Assembly (NCBI RefSeq): GCF_006345805.1
Contig: NC_043008.1
Location: forward strand, 69,998,001-70,062,000
Origin: Octopus sinensis
Taxonomy: Eukaryota
Length of the DNA: 64,000 nt
Reading direction: 5' to 3'
In this document: positions 11,076-22,104 of the stretch, one piece after another
Position numbering within the stretch: the stretch's first letter is position 1
How the letters are laid out: every line of letters begins with the position of its first letter
Translations under genes and position numbers: made by a program
Notes under the pieces: generated by a model
The model's input: only the letters and a program-made list of their open reading frames with translations
The model's database searches: none
Told to the model about the DNA's origin: nothing

Positions 11076-14000
11076 CATCATCATCATCATCATCATTTAG
11101 CGTCCGTTCTCCATGCTAGCATGGGTTGGACGGTTCAACTGGGGTCTGTGAAGCTGGAAGGCTTCATCAGGCCCAGTCAGATCTGGCAGTGTTTCTACGG
11201 CTGGATGCCCTTCCTAACGCCAACCACTCTGTGAGTGTAGTGGGTGCTTTTTACGTGCCACCTGCACAGGTGCCAGACAGAGCTGGCAAACGGCCACGAA
11301 TGGATGGTGCTTTTATGTGTCACTGGCACGGGGCCAGGCGAGGCTGGCAACGGACACGAACGGATGGTGCTTTTACGTGCCACCAACACGGGGGCCAGAC
11401 AGAGCTGGCAAACGGCCACGAAACGGATGGTGCTTTTACGTGTCACCGGCACGGGGGCTAGGTGAGGCTTGCAACGGGCACGAACGGATAGTGCTTTTAC
11501 ATGCCACCGACACGGGGGCCAGACAGGGCTGGCAAACGGCCACGAATGGATGGTGCTTTTACGTGTCACCGGCACGGGGGCCAGGCGAGGCTGGCAACGG
11601 ACACGAACGGATGGTGCTTTTACATGTCACCGACATGGGGGCCAGACAGGGCTGGCAAACGGCCACGAACGGATGGTGCTTTTACGTGTCACCGGCATGG
11701 GGGCCAGGTGAGGCTTGCAACGGGCACGAACGGATAGTGCTTTTACATGCCACCGACACGGGGGCCAGACAGGGCTGGCAAACGGCCACGAACGGATGGT
11801 GCTTTTACGTGTCACCGGCACGGGGGCCAGGCGAGGCTGGCAACGGACACGAACGGATGGTGCTTTTACATGTCACCGACATGGGGGCCAGACAGGGCTG
11901 GCAAACGGCCACGAACGGATGGTGCTTTTACGTGTCACCGGCATGGGGGCCAGACAGAGCTGGCAAACGGCCACAAACGGATGGTGCTTTTACGTGTCAC
12001 CGGCACGGGGGCCAGACAGGGCTGGCAAACGGCCACAAACGGATGGTGCTTTTACGTGTCACCGGCACGGGGGCCAGGCCAGGCTGGCAACGAACACGAA
12101 CGGATGGTGCTTTTATGTGCCACCGACACGGGGGCCAGACAGGGCTGGCAAACGGCTACGAACGGATGGTACTTTTACATGTCACCTGCACGAGGGCCCT
12201 GATGTTGATCGACCTCAATTTGGTTTGATCTTGATTTTGACTGTTCTCACTGGTCTTGCCGAGTTTTCTCACGCACAGCATACCTCCAAAGGTCTCGGTC
12301 ACTGGTCATTTCCTTGGTGAGACCTAAAGTTCGAAGGTCGTGCTTCACCGCCTCGACCCAGGTTTTCCTGGGTCTACCTCTTCCACAGGTCCCCTCAACT
12401 GCCAGGGTGTGGCACTTTCGCACACAACTATCTTCAGCCATTCTCATCACATGACCATACCAGCGCATACGTCTCTCTTGCACACAACAACTGATGCTTC
12501 TTAGGTTCAACTTTTCTCTCAAGGTACTTACACTCTGTCGATTATGAACACTGACGTTACACATCCATCGGAGCATACTAGCTTCATTTCTTGCGAGCTT
12601 ACACAAATCCTCAGCAGTCACAGCCCAAGTTTCACTACCATGTAGCATGGCTGTACGTACACATGCATCATACAGTCTGCCTTTTACTTTGAGCGAGAGG
12701 CCTTTTGTCACCAGCAGGGGTAAGAGCTCTCTAAACTTTGCCCAGGCTATTCTTACTCTAGCAGTTATACTTTCAGCGCACCCGCCCCTGCTACTGACTT
12801 GGTCACCTAGGTAACGGAAACTATCAACTACTTCTAGCTTTTCTCCCTGGAAAGTGACGGAAGTTGGTCTCAGAGCATTTTCAGTGTTAATTGTTCCTGA
12901 GCATCTGCCACATACAAAAACCATCTTCCTAGTTAGCCTTCCTTTGACATTGCTGCACCTCTTATGTGTCCATAGCTTACACTTGGTGCATCTTATAGAG
13001 TTTCTACCTACACCTTTTCTACAGATCAAGCAAGGCCATCTACCTGAAGGCGTTTGTGATTGGTCTACCTTCCTACTTATTAGGACTTTGGTTTTGGCTA
13101 GGTTGATTCTAAGGCCCTTCGATTCTAAACCTTGTTTCCATACCTGAAACTTCTCCTCTAGTTCTGATAGAGACTCAGCAATTAGAGCAAGGTCATCAGC
13201 ATAGAGGAGCTCCCAGGGGCATCCTGTCTTGAATTCCTCCGTTATTGCCTGGAGGACTATGATAAATAGGAGGGGACTGAGGACTGAACCTTGGTGGACC
13301 CCAACCTCTACCCTGAATTCTTCACTGTACTCGGTGCCAACCCTCACCTTACTAGCAGCGTCTCTGTACATGGCTTGTACAGCTTTCACTAACCATTCAT
13401 CTATCCCTAGTTTCCTCATTGACCACCAGATGAGGGATTGGGGGACCCTGTCGAAGGCTTTCTCCATATCAGCAAAAGCCAGGTATAGGGGCTTGTCTTT
13501 GGCTAGGTATTTCTCTTGCAGCTGTCTTACCATGAAAATAGCATCAGTAGTACTTTTCCCTGGCACGAACCCAAACTGCATCTGATCTAGGCTAACTCTC
13601 TCTCTAATTAGTTGGGCTATAACCCTCTCCGTAACCTTCATTACCTGATCCAGCAGCTTGATACCCCTGTAGCTATTTGTATCTAGGGTGTCACCTTTAC
13701 CTTTGTAGCAGCTGACTATTATGCTGCTACACCAGTCATTGGGAATGACTCCTTCGTGTATCACCTGGTTAACTATACGGGTGACTAGGCTATAGCCGAC
13801 ACTACCAGATATTTTGAGCATCTCTGCAGTAATTCCTGATGGGTCTGGGGCTTTCCCTGTTTTCATGCTTTTAATTGTCTTATCTACTAAGGAACTGTCA
13901 ACTCGGATTGCTGGTCCCTCTGTTGGGTCAACATTCGGCAGACTCTCTTTATCCCATTCATTTTCCTCATTCAGCAACCTTTCATAGTGGCTTCTCCAAA

Positions 14001-14335
14001 CCTCTCTCTTTGCATCCTCATTTAGTGCAAGTGAGCCGTCATCCGTGCGACCACATTTTTCTCCTACCATATCACGATTCTCTCTCACACACTGTCTTGC
14101 TATACGAAATACCTCAAGTCTTTCATCCTCACGGCGCAGGACATTGGCAAATTTTTTCCTATCTGCTTCCCCTCTGGCTAAATAAACCTGCCTCCTAGCT
14201 TCCCTTCTTGCAGTCTGATACACTTCCCTGCTACCACCGTTCTTCCAGTCCTTCCAAGCCTGTTTCTTTTGTCTAATAGCCCTGTCAACAGTATTGTTCC
14301 ACCACCACGTTATTTTGGGTCTTGTGGGAACGGGA
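11076..14335 (-). mobile_element. Young 5'-truncated RTE-clade LINE (no endonuclease) with long 3' UTR and (ATG)n tail
   Basis: Uninterrupted RT ORF; the 3' UTR matches many short copies in the window; (CAT)7 at 11076-11096; the 5' end is cut just upstream of the TWWWN motif. Confidence 0.95.
11268..12190. repeat. GC-rich 60-63-bp minisatellite, 15 units, in the LINE 3' UTR
   Basis: Units of the form GGGGGCCAG-N-GGCT(G/T)GCAA-N-CACGAACGGATGGTGCTTTTACRTGYCACCG(G/A)CA read directly. Confidence 0.95.
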
Positions 14336-14355
14336 AGCTTTATGAAAATAGACAA
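12247..14355 (-). CDS. RTE LINE reverse transcriptase (truncated ORF2) with internal PHD finger
   Basis: Motifs YRGIKLL, QFGFVPGKSTTDAIF, FADMEKAFD, GVHQGSVLSPLLF, LLYADDL, FRYLG, LHGSETW, RWYGHV, GRGRPRKTW. The first roughly 7 residues probably come from flanking DNA. Confidence 0.92.
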   Translation of the reverse strand: MSIFIKLPVPTRPKITWWWNNTVDRAIRQKKQAWKDWKNGGSREVYQTARREARRQVYLARGEADRKKFANVLRREDERLEVFRIARQCVRENRDMVGEKCGRTDDGSLALNEDAKREVWRSHYERLLNEENEWDKESLPNVDPTEGPAIRVDSSLVDKTIKSMKTGKAPDPSGITAEMLKISGSVGYSLVTRIVNQVIHEGVIPNDWCSSIIVSCYKGKGDTLDTNSYRGIKLLDQVMKVTERVIAQLIRERVSLDQMQFGFVPGKSTTDAIFMVRQLQEKYLAKDKPLYLAFADMEKAFDRVPQSLIWWSMRKLGIDEWLVKAVQAMYRDAASKVRVGTEYSEEFRVEVGVHQGSVLSPLLFIIVLQAITEEFKTGCPWELLYADDLALIAESLSELEEKFQVWKQGLESKGLRINLAKTKVLISRKVDQSQTPSGRWPCLICRKGVGRNSIRCTKCKLWTHKRCSNVKGRLTRKMVFVCGRCSGTINTENALRPTSVTFQGEKLEVVDSFRYLGDQVSSRGGCAESITARVRIAWAKFRELLPLLVTKGLSLKVKGRLYDACVRTAMLHGSETWAVTAEDLCKLARNEASMLRWMCNVSVHNRQSVSTLREKLNLRSISCCVQERRMRWYGHVMRMAEDSCVRKCHTLAVEGTCGRGRPRKTWVEAVKHDLRTLGLTKEMTSDRDLWRYAVREKTRQDQ

Positions 14356-14590
14356 AAGACGAAGGCAGGTTTACGGAAATAAACAAAAGACGAAGGCAGG
14401 TGGAATACAAACAAACAATTGTATTAGTATGGCGCTCAGGAAATATAAATAAAACAAGTCTTTAACATTTCGAGCCTACGCTCTTCAACAGAAAGATACA
14501 CAGAGAAGAAACACAGAAAGAAGGAGAGAAAAAAAATGCGTGCAGAGGCTAGCGAATCAACATGGCGATCTGATTTCGGCCAGAAGTCAA
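14339..14590 (-). mobile_element. Penelope-like terminal (pLTR) remnant with degenerate minimal hammerhead motif
   Basis: Homologous to 27330-27470, 35570-35730 and 57335-57455. Minus strand 14460-14495 reads CTTT CTGTTGA A GAGC gtag GCTC GAAAT GTT AAAG. The PLE assignment is inference from this motif. Confidence 0.55.
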
Positions 14591-14886
14591 TGATCAAACA
14601 TGAGACGCAAGAGCGAAATTAGGGGAGATAATAGGGTTAAATGACCTCGCTCCAACATAAGAGTGTGTGTGTGTGTGTATGAGAAGAGTGTGTGTGTGTG
14701 TATGAGAGTATTAGTGCATATGAGAGGTCTGGACGTGTGTATGTATATATGATGTGATGTGTAAAGTCGTATGGTGTAGTGTAGAGAGAGGAGATGAGTG
14801 GGGAGGGGTATATGTATATATATGTATATATATGTATATATACATATATATATATATGTATACACACACACACACACACACACATA

Positions 14887-15252
14887 GGCACAGGCATGGC
14901 TGTGTGGTAAGAAGTTTGTTTCCAAACCACATGATTCTGGGTTCAGTCCCACTGCATGGCATCTTGGGCAAATGTCTTCTAGCCTCAGGCTGACAAAACC
15001 CTTGTGAGTGGGTTTGATTGACAAAAACTAGAAGCCTGTGTGTGTGTGTATTTATGTATGTATTTATGTGTCTGTGTTTGTCCTGCTGTCATTGCTTAAC
15101 AACTGATGCGTGTGTGTTTACGTCCCCGTCACTGAGCGGTTCAGCAAAAGAGATCGGTAGAATAAGTACTAGACTTACAAAGAATAAGTCCTGGGGATGA
15201 TTTCTTTGACCAACACCTTTTAAGGTGATGCTCTAGTATGGCTGCAGTCACA
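14887..15252 (+). mobile_element. tRNA-derived SINE, family A
   Basis: A-box TGGCTGTGTGG, B-box GGTTCAGTCCC, internal (TG)n and 3' part shared with about 10 other copies in the window. Confidence 0.85.
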
Positions 15253-15276
15253 TGAATATATTTTTAGAATATTGGA

Positions 15277-15497
15277 TCTCTAAGTACACAAATTTTGGCT
15301 CAAGGCCAGCAACTTTGGGGACGGGAATATATTGATGACATCAATCCCAGTGCTCAGCTGGTACTTATTTCATCAACCCTGAAAGAATGAAAGGCAGAGT
15401 CAACTTTGGCAGGATTTGAACTCAGAATGTAAAGACAGATGAGATGACACAAAACATTTTGCCCAGCTTGCTAATAATCCTGCCAGCTCACTGCCTT
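15277..15497 (-). mobile_element. Family B SINE
   Basis: GGATTTGAACTCAGAATG ... CCTGCCAGCTCACTGCCTTA matches the other family B copies. Confidence 0.8.
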
Positions 15498-15526
15498 ACA
15501 TAAGGCTATAAATAATGGCATATATA

Positions 15527-15939
15527 CTTTTTTTTTTTTTTTACTTTTTTACTTGTTTCAGTCATTTGACTGTGGCCATGCTGGAGCACCACCTTTTAGT
15601 CGAGCAAATCGACCCCGGGACTTATTCTTTGTAAGCCCAGTACTTATTCTATCGGTCTCTTTTGCTGAACCGCTAAGTGACGGGGATGTAAACACACCAG
15701 CATTGGTTGTCAAGCAATGCTAGGGGGACAAACACAGACACACAAACACACACATACATATATATATATACATATATACGACAGGCTTCTTTCAGTTTCC
15801 GTCTACCAAATCCACTCACAAGGCATTGGTCGACCCGGGGCTATAGCAGAAGACACTTGCCCAAGATGCCACGCAGTGGGACTGAACCCGGAACCATGTG
15901 GTTGGTTAGCAAGCTACTTACCACACAGCCACTCCTGCG

Positions 15940-15941
<2 letters not shown>
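15527..15941 (-). mobile_element. Family A SINE, well preserved, with A-rich tail
   Basis: Head GGCGCAGGAGTGGCTGTGTGG...GGTTCAGTCCC; CpGs retained; poly-T on the plus strand at 15527-15542. Confidence 0.9.
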
Positions 15942-15989
<48 letters not shown>

Positions 15990-16567
15990 TACATATAGCA
16001 CACATACACATATGTACATATATGTATGTGTATATAAATATACATACAACCATATATATTACATTTAGACAATTGCTACAGTCTGTTTATTTACTCACCA
16101 ATCTCTCTGAGAGAGCCTTTTTGTGGTTGTTTGGCATGCTAGAAATAGCAATCAATTCACACCCTACCATCTTAAAAAGGAATGTACATGAAGCATAATG
16201 TATTTGTAGATCCACTATACTAGAAAGAAAAGACTAGGAGCCAATGGATGGAACAATTTTCATTGCAGATCTTACTGTCTATTACTAAGCAATTTGGTGG
16301 ACCAAATAGAATATTCTCTTCAGAAATTGTAGTACCTGCAACTCATTTGAACTCATGTTCTCTGGGTAGGTAGACTAGTACCTTACCCACTGAGCCAATA
16401 TCACTTTATAGGAATGTGTGAATGGTCTTTACAGATGAGATGATACAGGATCAAGATAAGTGGTGATATGTTGTGTAGAAAACCTCTTTAACTCATTACT
16501 GCATGGGTAAACACATATTAAATTTAAACATACATACTTACATATGTATGTATATGTGTGTATACAT

Positions 16568-16599
<32 letters not shown>

Positions 16600-16726
16600 G
16601 ATGTTTACACACATACACACAAACACATTTTTATATTCATTTAAATATATTTCTCCACATACACACACAAGCATGCAAGTGTGCATGTGTATAGGTGAAT
16701 GTGTGTCAGGAGATGAGTGTGAAAGA

Positions 16727-16778
<52 letters not shown>

Positions 16779-17969
16779 GCATATATATACTTATTTGTAT
16801 GTATGCATGTGTTTATATATATGTATGCATATACATATATACAGACATACATACACACATATATGTATACATACTATATATATATATATATATGTATGTA
16901 TACTCATACATATTTGTATGTTTATACATATGTATGTAAATACATACGCACACATGTGAATGTGTATGAGTATGTGCCTGTGTGTTGCAGTATGTGCATG
17001 TAAAGACATACCTATGAATAAATGTTTGAGAATGTATGTTACATTATGAGATTGCGGAAGCTTTGCTCATCTAGAATTAAATATACTTAATGTTTTAGAC
17101 AAGATGTTGTTTTTGTGGTGGTGATGGTGGTAACGTGGTGGTGATAATTGCAAAGAAGAAGCTATGATAGCTTAACAATTCTACCCCAACCCTTAACTTT
17201 AGAAAAATGCATTCTCACACTCACAAAATATATATTCACACACACACACATGTAAATATTTGTGCACACACACATACACAAACACACGAATTAACATACA
17301 TTCACTGACACATGAACAGATACACACACACACACACACACACGTACATGCATGCACACTGATATTGTTCATATACTTCACTCGTAACAAGAGTAGAATT
17401 CAGTTGAGATAAAGCTCGAATTTTGTAATGAGAGCTGACAAATGCTGATAAACAAGTTAATGGTGAGTTAAAGAGGGAAGTTATAAAACAAACTTTACAC
17501 TGAAGCAAGGCGGGTGCCCAGCTCATCTACACAGCCTCTCTCAGACTTCCAGCTGCTCACCCATTCAGCCTTCCAGCTACTCACCCTTCCAGCTGTCCAG
17601 TGCTCTCATCCTCCCATTGCTAGGCCTCCTTGCTAAGTTTGCGTTATGAAAAAAACCTTGTGATGATATTTATATTATTGCGTATTTCATATTCTGCCTG
17701 GTTTATTCAGAAACTACAGTTGGTTTTCATTAAAAGTGATGACAGTTTTTCTGCTTTATTTCTTCCTCAAGTGTTCTTTCATATTTGAAACTAGAATTGT
17801 CAAAAGCTCTCTGTGCTTTTAAGTCTGTTAATCTTTCTGGCACCTCATGACTGGTAGTGGAATGGTGGTGCCAGAATTAATATACTGGACTAAATTAAGT
17901 GTTTTTGTTAAATATCGTTTTTTTTTAAATATATTCTTACCATGGTTGTAAAATTTATTCTTCATCATA

Positions 17970-18408
17970 GGCACAGGCATAGCTATGTGGTAAGAAACTT
18001 CATTTCAAACCACATGGGTCTATGTTCAGTCCTAGTGCATGGCACCTTGGGCATGTGTCTTCTACTGTAGCCTCGGGCTGACCAAATCCTTGTGGGTGAA
18101 TTTGGTAGACAGAAAATGAAAAGAAACCTGTCATATAAATACACACACACGTGTGTGTGTGTGTGTATTTGTGTCTATGTTTATCCGCCACCACTGCTTG
18201 ACAACCAGTGTTGGTGTATTTTTGTTCCCTTACCTTGGTAGTTCAGCAAAAGAAATCAATAAAATAAGCATGAGGTTAAAAAAAATGTACTGTGATCAAT
18301 TCAATTGACTAAAAATTGTTCAAGGCAGTGCCCGAACTTGGCTATAGAAATTTTTCAATGCAGTGTCCCAGCATGGCCATAGTTTAATGACTGAAACAAG
18401 TAAAATCT
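17970..18408 (+). mobile_element. Family A SINE with duplicated tail segment
   Basis: GGCACAGGCATAGCTATGTGGTAAG head; two successive GTGCCC(G/C)A.C..GGC.ATAG tail motifs. Confidence 0.8.
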
Positions 18409-18841
18409 TTTTTCATCATCATCATCATTTAATGTCCACATTACATGTGGGCTTGGGTCAGATGGTTTAACAAGATCTGTATGGTCCAAGTACTGCATCA
18501 TGCTCCAGTATTTGCTTTGGCTTGGTTTCAACTGTTGGATGCCTTTACTAATGCCAACCACTTTAGTGTGAATTGAGTGCTTTACTTTTTCTTTTTTGTT
18601 CCACCAACTAGTATTGGTAGGGTCATTGGGGCATTGAGCACAATGTTTTTGATGTTTCCAGTTATGGCTTATTATACCCTATTTATTCTTTAAAGGTCTA
18701 TAAAGTCTTTCAATCTTTAAAGGTCTATAAAATAAAGTACCAGTCAAATACAAGGCTTGATGTAATTGTCTAAGCCCACCTTATCAAATTGCAAGCCTTG
18801 TACCTATGTTAAAAGTGTTACTTTAAGTATATTGGAGGAAT

Positions 18842-19880
18842 CAGTAGAATAGTGAAAAAAAATGCCATATGGTATTTGTCTTGGTTCCTTTGTGATCAGA
18901 GTTTAAATCTTGCTAAGGTTAAATTTACTTTTATCCTTTCAGCATTCATAAAATAAAGTGCCAATCAAGTACTGCAGCTGATGAAATCAACTAAACCCCA
19001 GCCCTCAAAATTGATGGCCTTCTGTAAATTTAAAATTATTTATAGAATCAGATAAAATGCTTGGTGGTATTTCATCTGTTGTTCATAAATTCAAATCCCA
19101 CTTAGGTTAATTTTGCTTTTTCATCCCTCTGGCATTGATAAAATGTGAGTCCTGCTTCTGGCCTTGCAGCTAAACTACACAATGTTATTATTGTTATTAT
19201 TATTATCATAAAGGTGGTGGGCTGGCAGAACCCTTAGTATACTGAGTAAAATACTGATAAGCATTTCGTCTGTTTTGACATTCTCAGCTCATATTTTGCC
19301 TTTCATCTTTTGTGGGTCAATAAAATATGTACCTGTCAGGTAATGGAAATGATGTAATCAACTGACATCTTCCCCCAAATTTCAGGCCTTGTGCCTATAG
19401 TAGAAAGAATTATCATCATCATTATTATTATTATTATCATCATTATCATTAAGGTGGCAAGCTGGCAGGACTCATTAGCATGCCAGGTAAACTGCTTAAT
19501 GCCATTTTGTCCGTCTTTATGTTCTAAGTTCAAATTCGTCCAAGGTTGATTTTCCTTTTCATCCTTTCAGGGTCAATGAAATAAGTTCCACTCAAGTACT
19601 GGGGTTTTTGTAATTGACTTTCCTTGCTCCCCTCAAAAACTCCTGGCCTTGTGCCAAAATTTGAAACCATTATTATGATTATCGTAAAAGTTAGCCAAGT
19701 GGTAGAATTGTTAAAACAGAAAAAATATTTTGTAGTTCTTCTTCAGGTTATAGTTTGAGTTCAGATTCTGACAAGATCAGTTTTGCTTTTCATCATTCCA
19801 GGGTCAATAAAATAAGGTATCAGTCAAGTACTGGGGTCAGGGATGATCTTGTACCTAAATAAGAAACCATTATTATTTTT
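18842..19880 (+). mobile_element. Train of about five head-to-tail family B SINEs separated by (ATT/ATC)n
   Basis: Repeated ...TTTGCCTTTCATCC...GATAAAAT...GTACTGGGG blocks starting near 18842, 19041, 19211, 19451 and 19690. Confidence 0.75.
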
Positions 19881-21071
19881 TTGTGTTTGTCACTTTTGTT
19901 GTAGCTCATTGTTTGAGAAATCTGTTTGAGAGTTTCCTTTCTTACATCATAAACCTTGGCCCCTGTTCCCTCTTTGTCACATTTTCACTATCTTTTTCTC
20001 TTCTCTCTTCTTTTGAGGTAGCTGTTTCTCTTCTGATGCAAAATACTGTTTTTGTGCCTCAATACTACACTCCCTCCCCTAGTTGCAAATTACTTTGCAA
20101 CCTCTCGGCTGCTGGATTCATATAAAAAAAAACTCAGTACACTCTGCAAAGTAGCTGGCATTAAGAAGGGCATCCAACCATAGAAACCATTCCAAAACAG
20201 ATAGCAGAGCTTGGTGCGGTCTTCTGAGTTTCCAGCTCCTGTTAAAATTTCTTACCCATGCCAGCATGGAAAAATGGACAATGATGATGATAACAGCAAA
20301 AGCTGTAAGGTAATGGGTAAAGCAGTACTTACAAATACCAGTATGCAGTTTTAAAGAGTGTGCCTATGGCCATCCTTAGAGATAATCTGTCATTGTCCTT
20401 TATAGATTTGATTATGTATTAATATTCTAGTTTTATCAATTACAAATATAATAATAGACACATTCTGTAATTGATGGAACATTTTTTAATTACTAATTCA
20501 TATTTTAATAACTAATTCACTGTAATTCCTTTAGTGTTCATCTCACTCTTTACTCAATAACAACAATTTAGAATTGATTATAATTATTGTCATTATTAAC
20601 TTTCATCTTTGCAGGATTGATAAAATATCATACCAGTAAAATACTGGGGTGAATTGTAATCAACTATACTCTTAATATTTGAGACATTGTGCCTATATTG
20701 GAAATCATCATAACCTTTTTTTTTTATTATATTGCATGCCCTCTTCCAGAAGGATAAAAGGGGAAGCTTACTTTGGTTGGATTTGAACTCATGCTGTATT
20801 TGACTAATGCTTTAATAATTTTTTCAGTTGACCATCTAGATTCTCTGCTTGTTTGGAAATAAAAGGTAGGATGGTCATAACTGGAACACCTTTAATCATT
20901 GAACTGCTGAATGAGGAATCACCTTGGTTAAACAACAACAACTTTCAAAAATTAATTAATACAATTAATTAATACAATAGTTTTGTTTGTTTAATCAATG
21001 CAGATCTCTCCAAGATTTCTTTAATCCTCAAGAATATCGTAACTAATGTTTCTTTTTATTTTCCTTTGCAG

Positions 21072-21098
21072 GTAAGTCCCAAATTTGGAATAATACAA
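21072..21098 (+). CDS. Candidate 27-nt microexon (VSPKFGIIQ in phase 0) or recursive splice site
   Basis: Branch-point-like ACTAAT at 21042-21047, pyrimidine tract, TTTGCAG acceptor; the exon begins with GTAAGT and ends CAA|GTAAGT. Confidence 0.45.
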
Positions 21099-21339
21099 GT
21101 AAGTGAATCTCTTAATGGTTAATTTCTAATGTGATATACATACATACGTATACTCATAAACACACGCATATACACATACACACAAACATAGTGGTTAGTG
21201 ATGTAGTATACATGTAGAAGCTTATCTAGATACACGCATAGTGTTATTGAGGGCTAAGTAAACCTGATGAAGCATATCCACTTTCTCTTCATCCTACACT
21301 ACTCTCAGTCTGTATATATTTACTGTATGCATAGATAAG

Positions 21340-21650
21340 TCTGTAAATGTTGACTGGATAGACATATGCAGTGTGTAGATAATAACATGACAGAGTGTGT
21401 AGAAATATTGACTGGGTAGAATGACATAGTGTGTAGATAATGTTAACAGGGTAAGATGACACAGTGAGTTGATGTTCACTGGATAACACAGTATGTAAAA
21501 GTTGACTGGATTGACAGTTACAATGCATAGATGTTGACTGGATAGACAAACTCAGTGCAGAGATATTGACTGGATGGATTGTCACAATTTGTAGAAGTTG
21601 ACAGGGTAGATAGACACAGTGTATATATGTTGACTGGGGAGATAGAAGTA
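21340..21650. repeat. Degenerate ~32-bp minisatellite (GTTGACTGGATAGAC..CAGTGT.TAGAT)
   Basis: TTGACTGG/TTGACAGG anchors recur about every 30-35 bp. Confidence 0.7.
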
Positions 21651-22032
21651 CATGTAAATTGGATATATATATGTTTAGTATAGTTTGGGTGCAATCTTCA
21701 TACTGTGCATTTAAGAACTTTTGTGTCATTATTTGGCTACCACATGTTATGCATAGAGGAGTTCCACATGTGTATCCAGCCCTGGAAAATATCCTACTGC
21801 AGAATAAGATTAATATAAGAATAATATAACGCGAGGATGGAGGATATCAGCTTTAATTGTAGTAGTAAAGCCTGATATCCTCTATCCTCATGCTTATATG
21901 TGTGTGTGTGTGTGTATACACTGTTTAAGTGGACACTGTTCATGTGCATCATATATATATAAACAATCTAGTTAAGACTCCAATTAATGCAAACATGAAA
22001 CTTGTGTGTGTGTATGTGTGTGTGTGTGCGTG

Positions 22033-22104
<72 letters not shown>

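Noticed and set aside
11195-12320. GC-rich ORFs up to 303 aa, and a possible CRISPR-like look of the array
   Set aside because: The ORFs arise from the stop-poor minisatellite. The units are contiguous homologous repeats with no unique spacers, there are no cas genes, and the context is eukaryotic.
14887-14960. tRNA-like heads (A and B boxes) here and in other SINEs as tRNA genes
   Set aside because: They continue directly into SINE bodies, and I could not fold a complete cloverleaf.
17585-17632. 48-nt minus-strand exon candidate with donor AGG|GTGAGT
   Set aside because: The acceptor is weak, two frames are closed, and the donor is part of a short local duplication (TTCCAGCT.CTCACCC).
21264-21290. 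CTGATGAAG as another hammerhead start
   Set aside because: No stem II or downstream GAAA follows.
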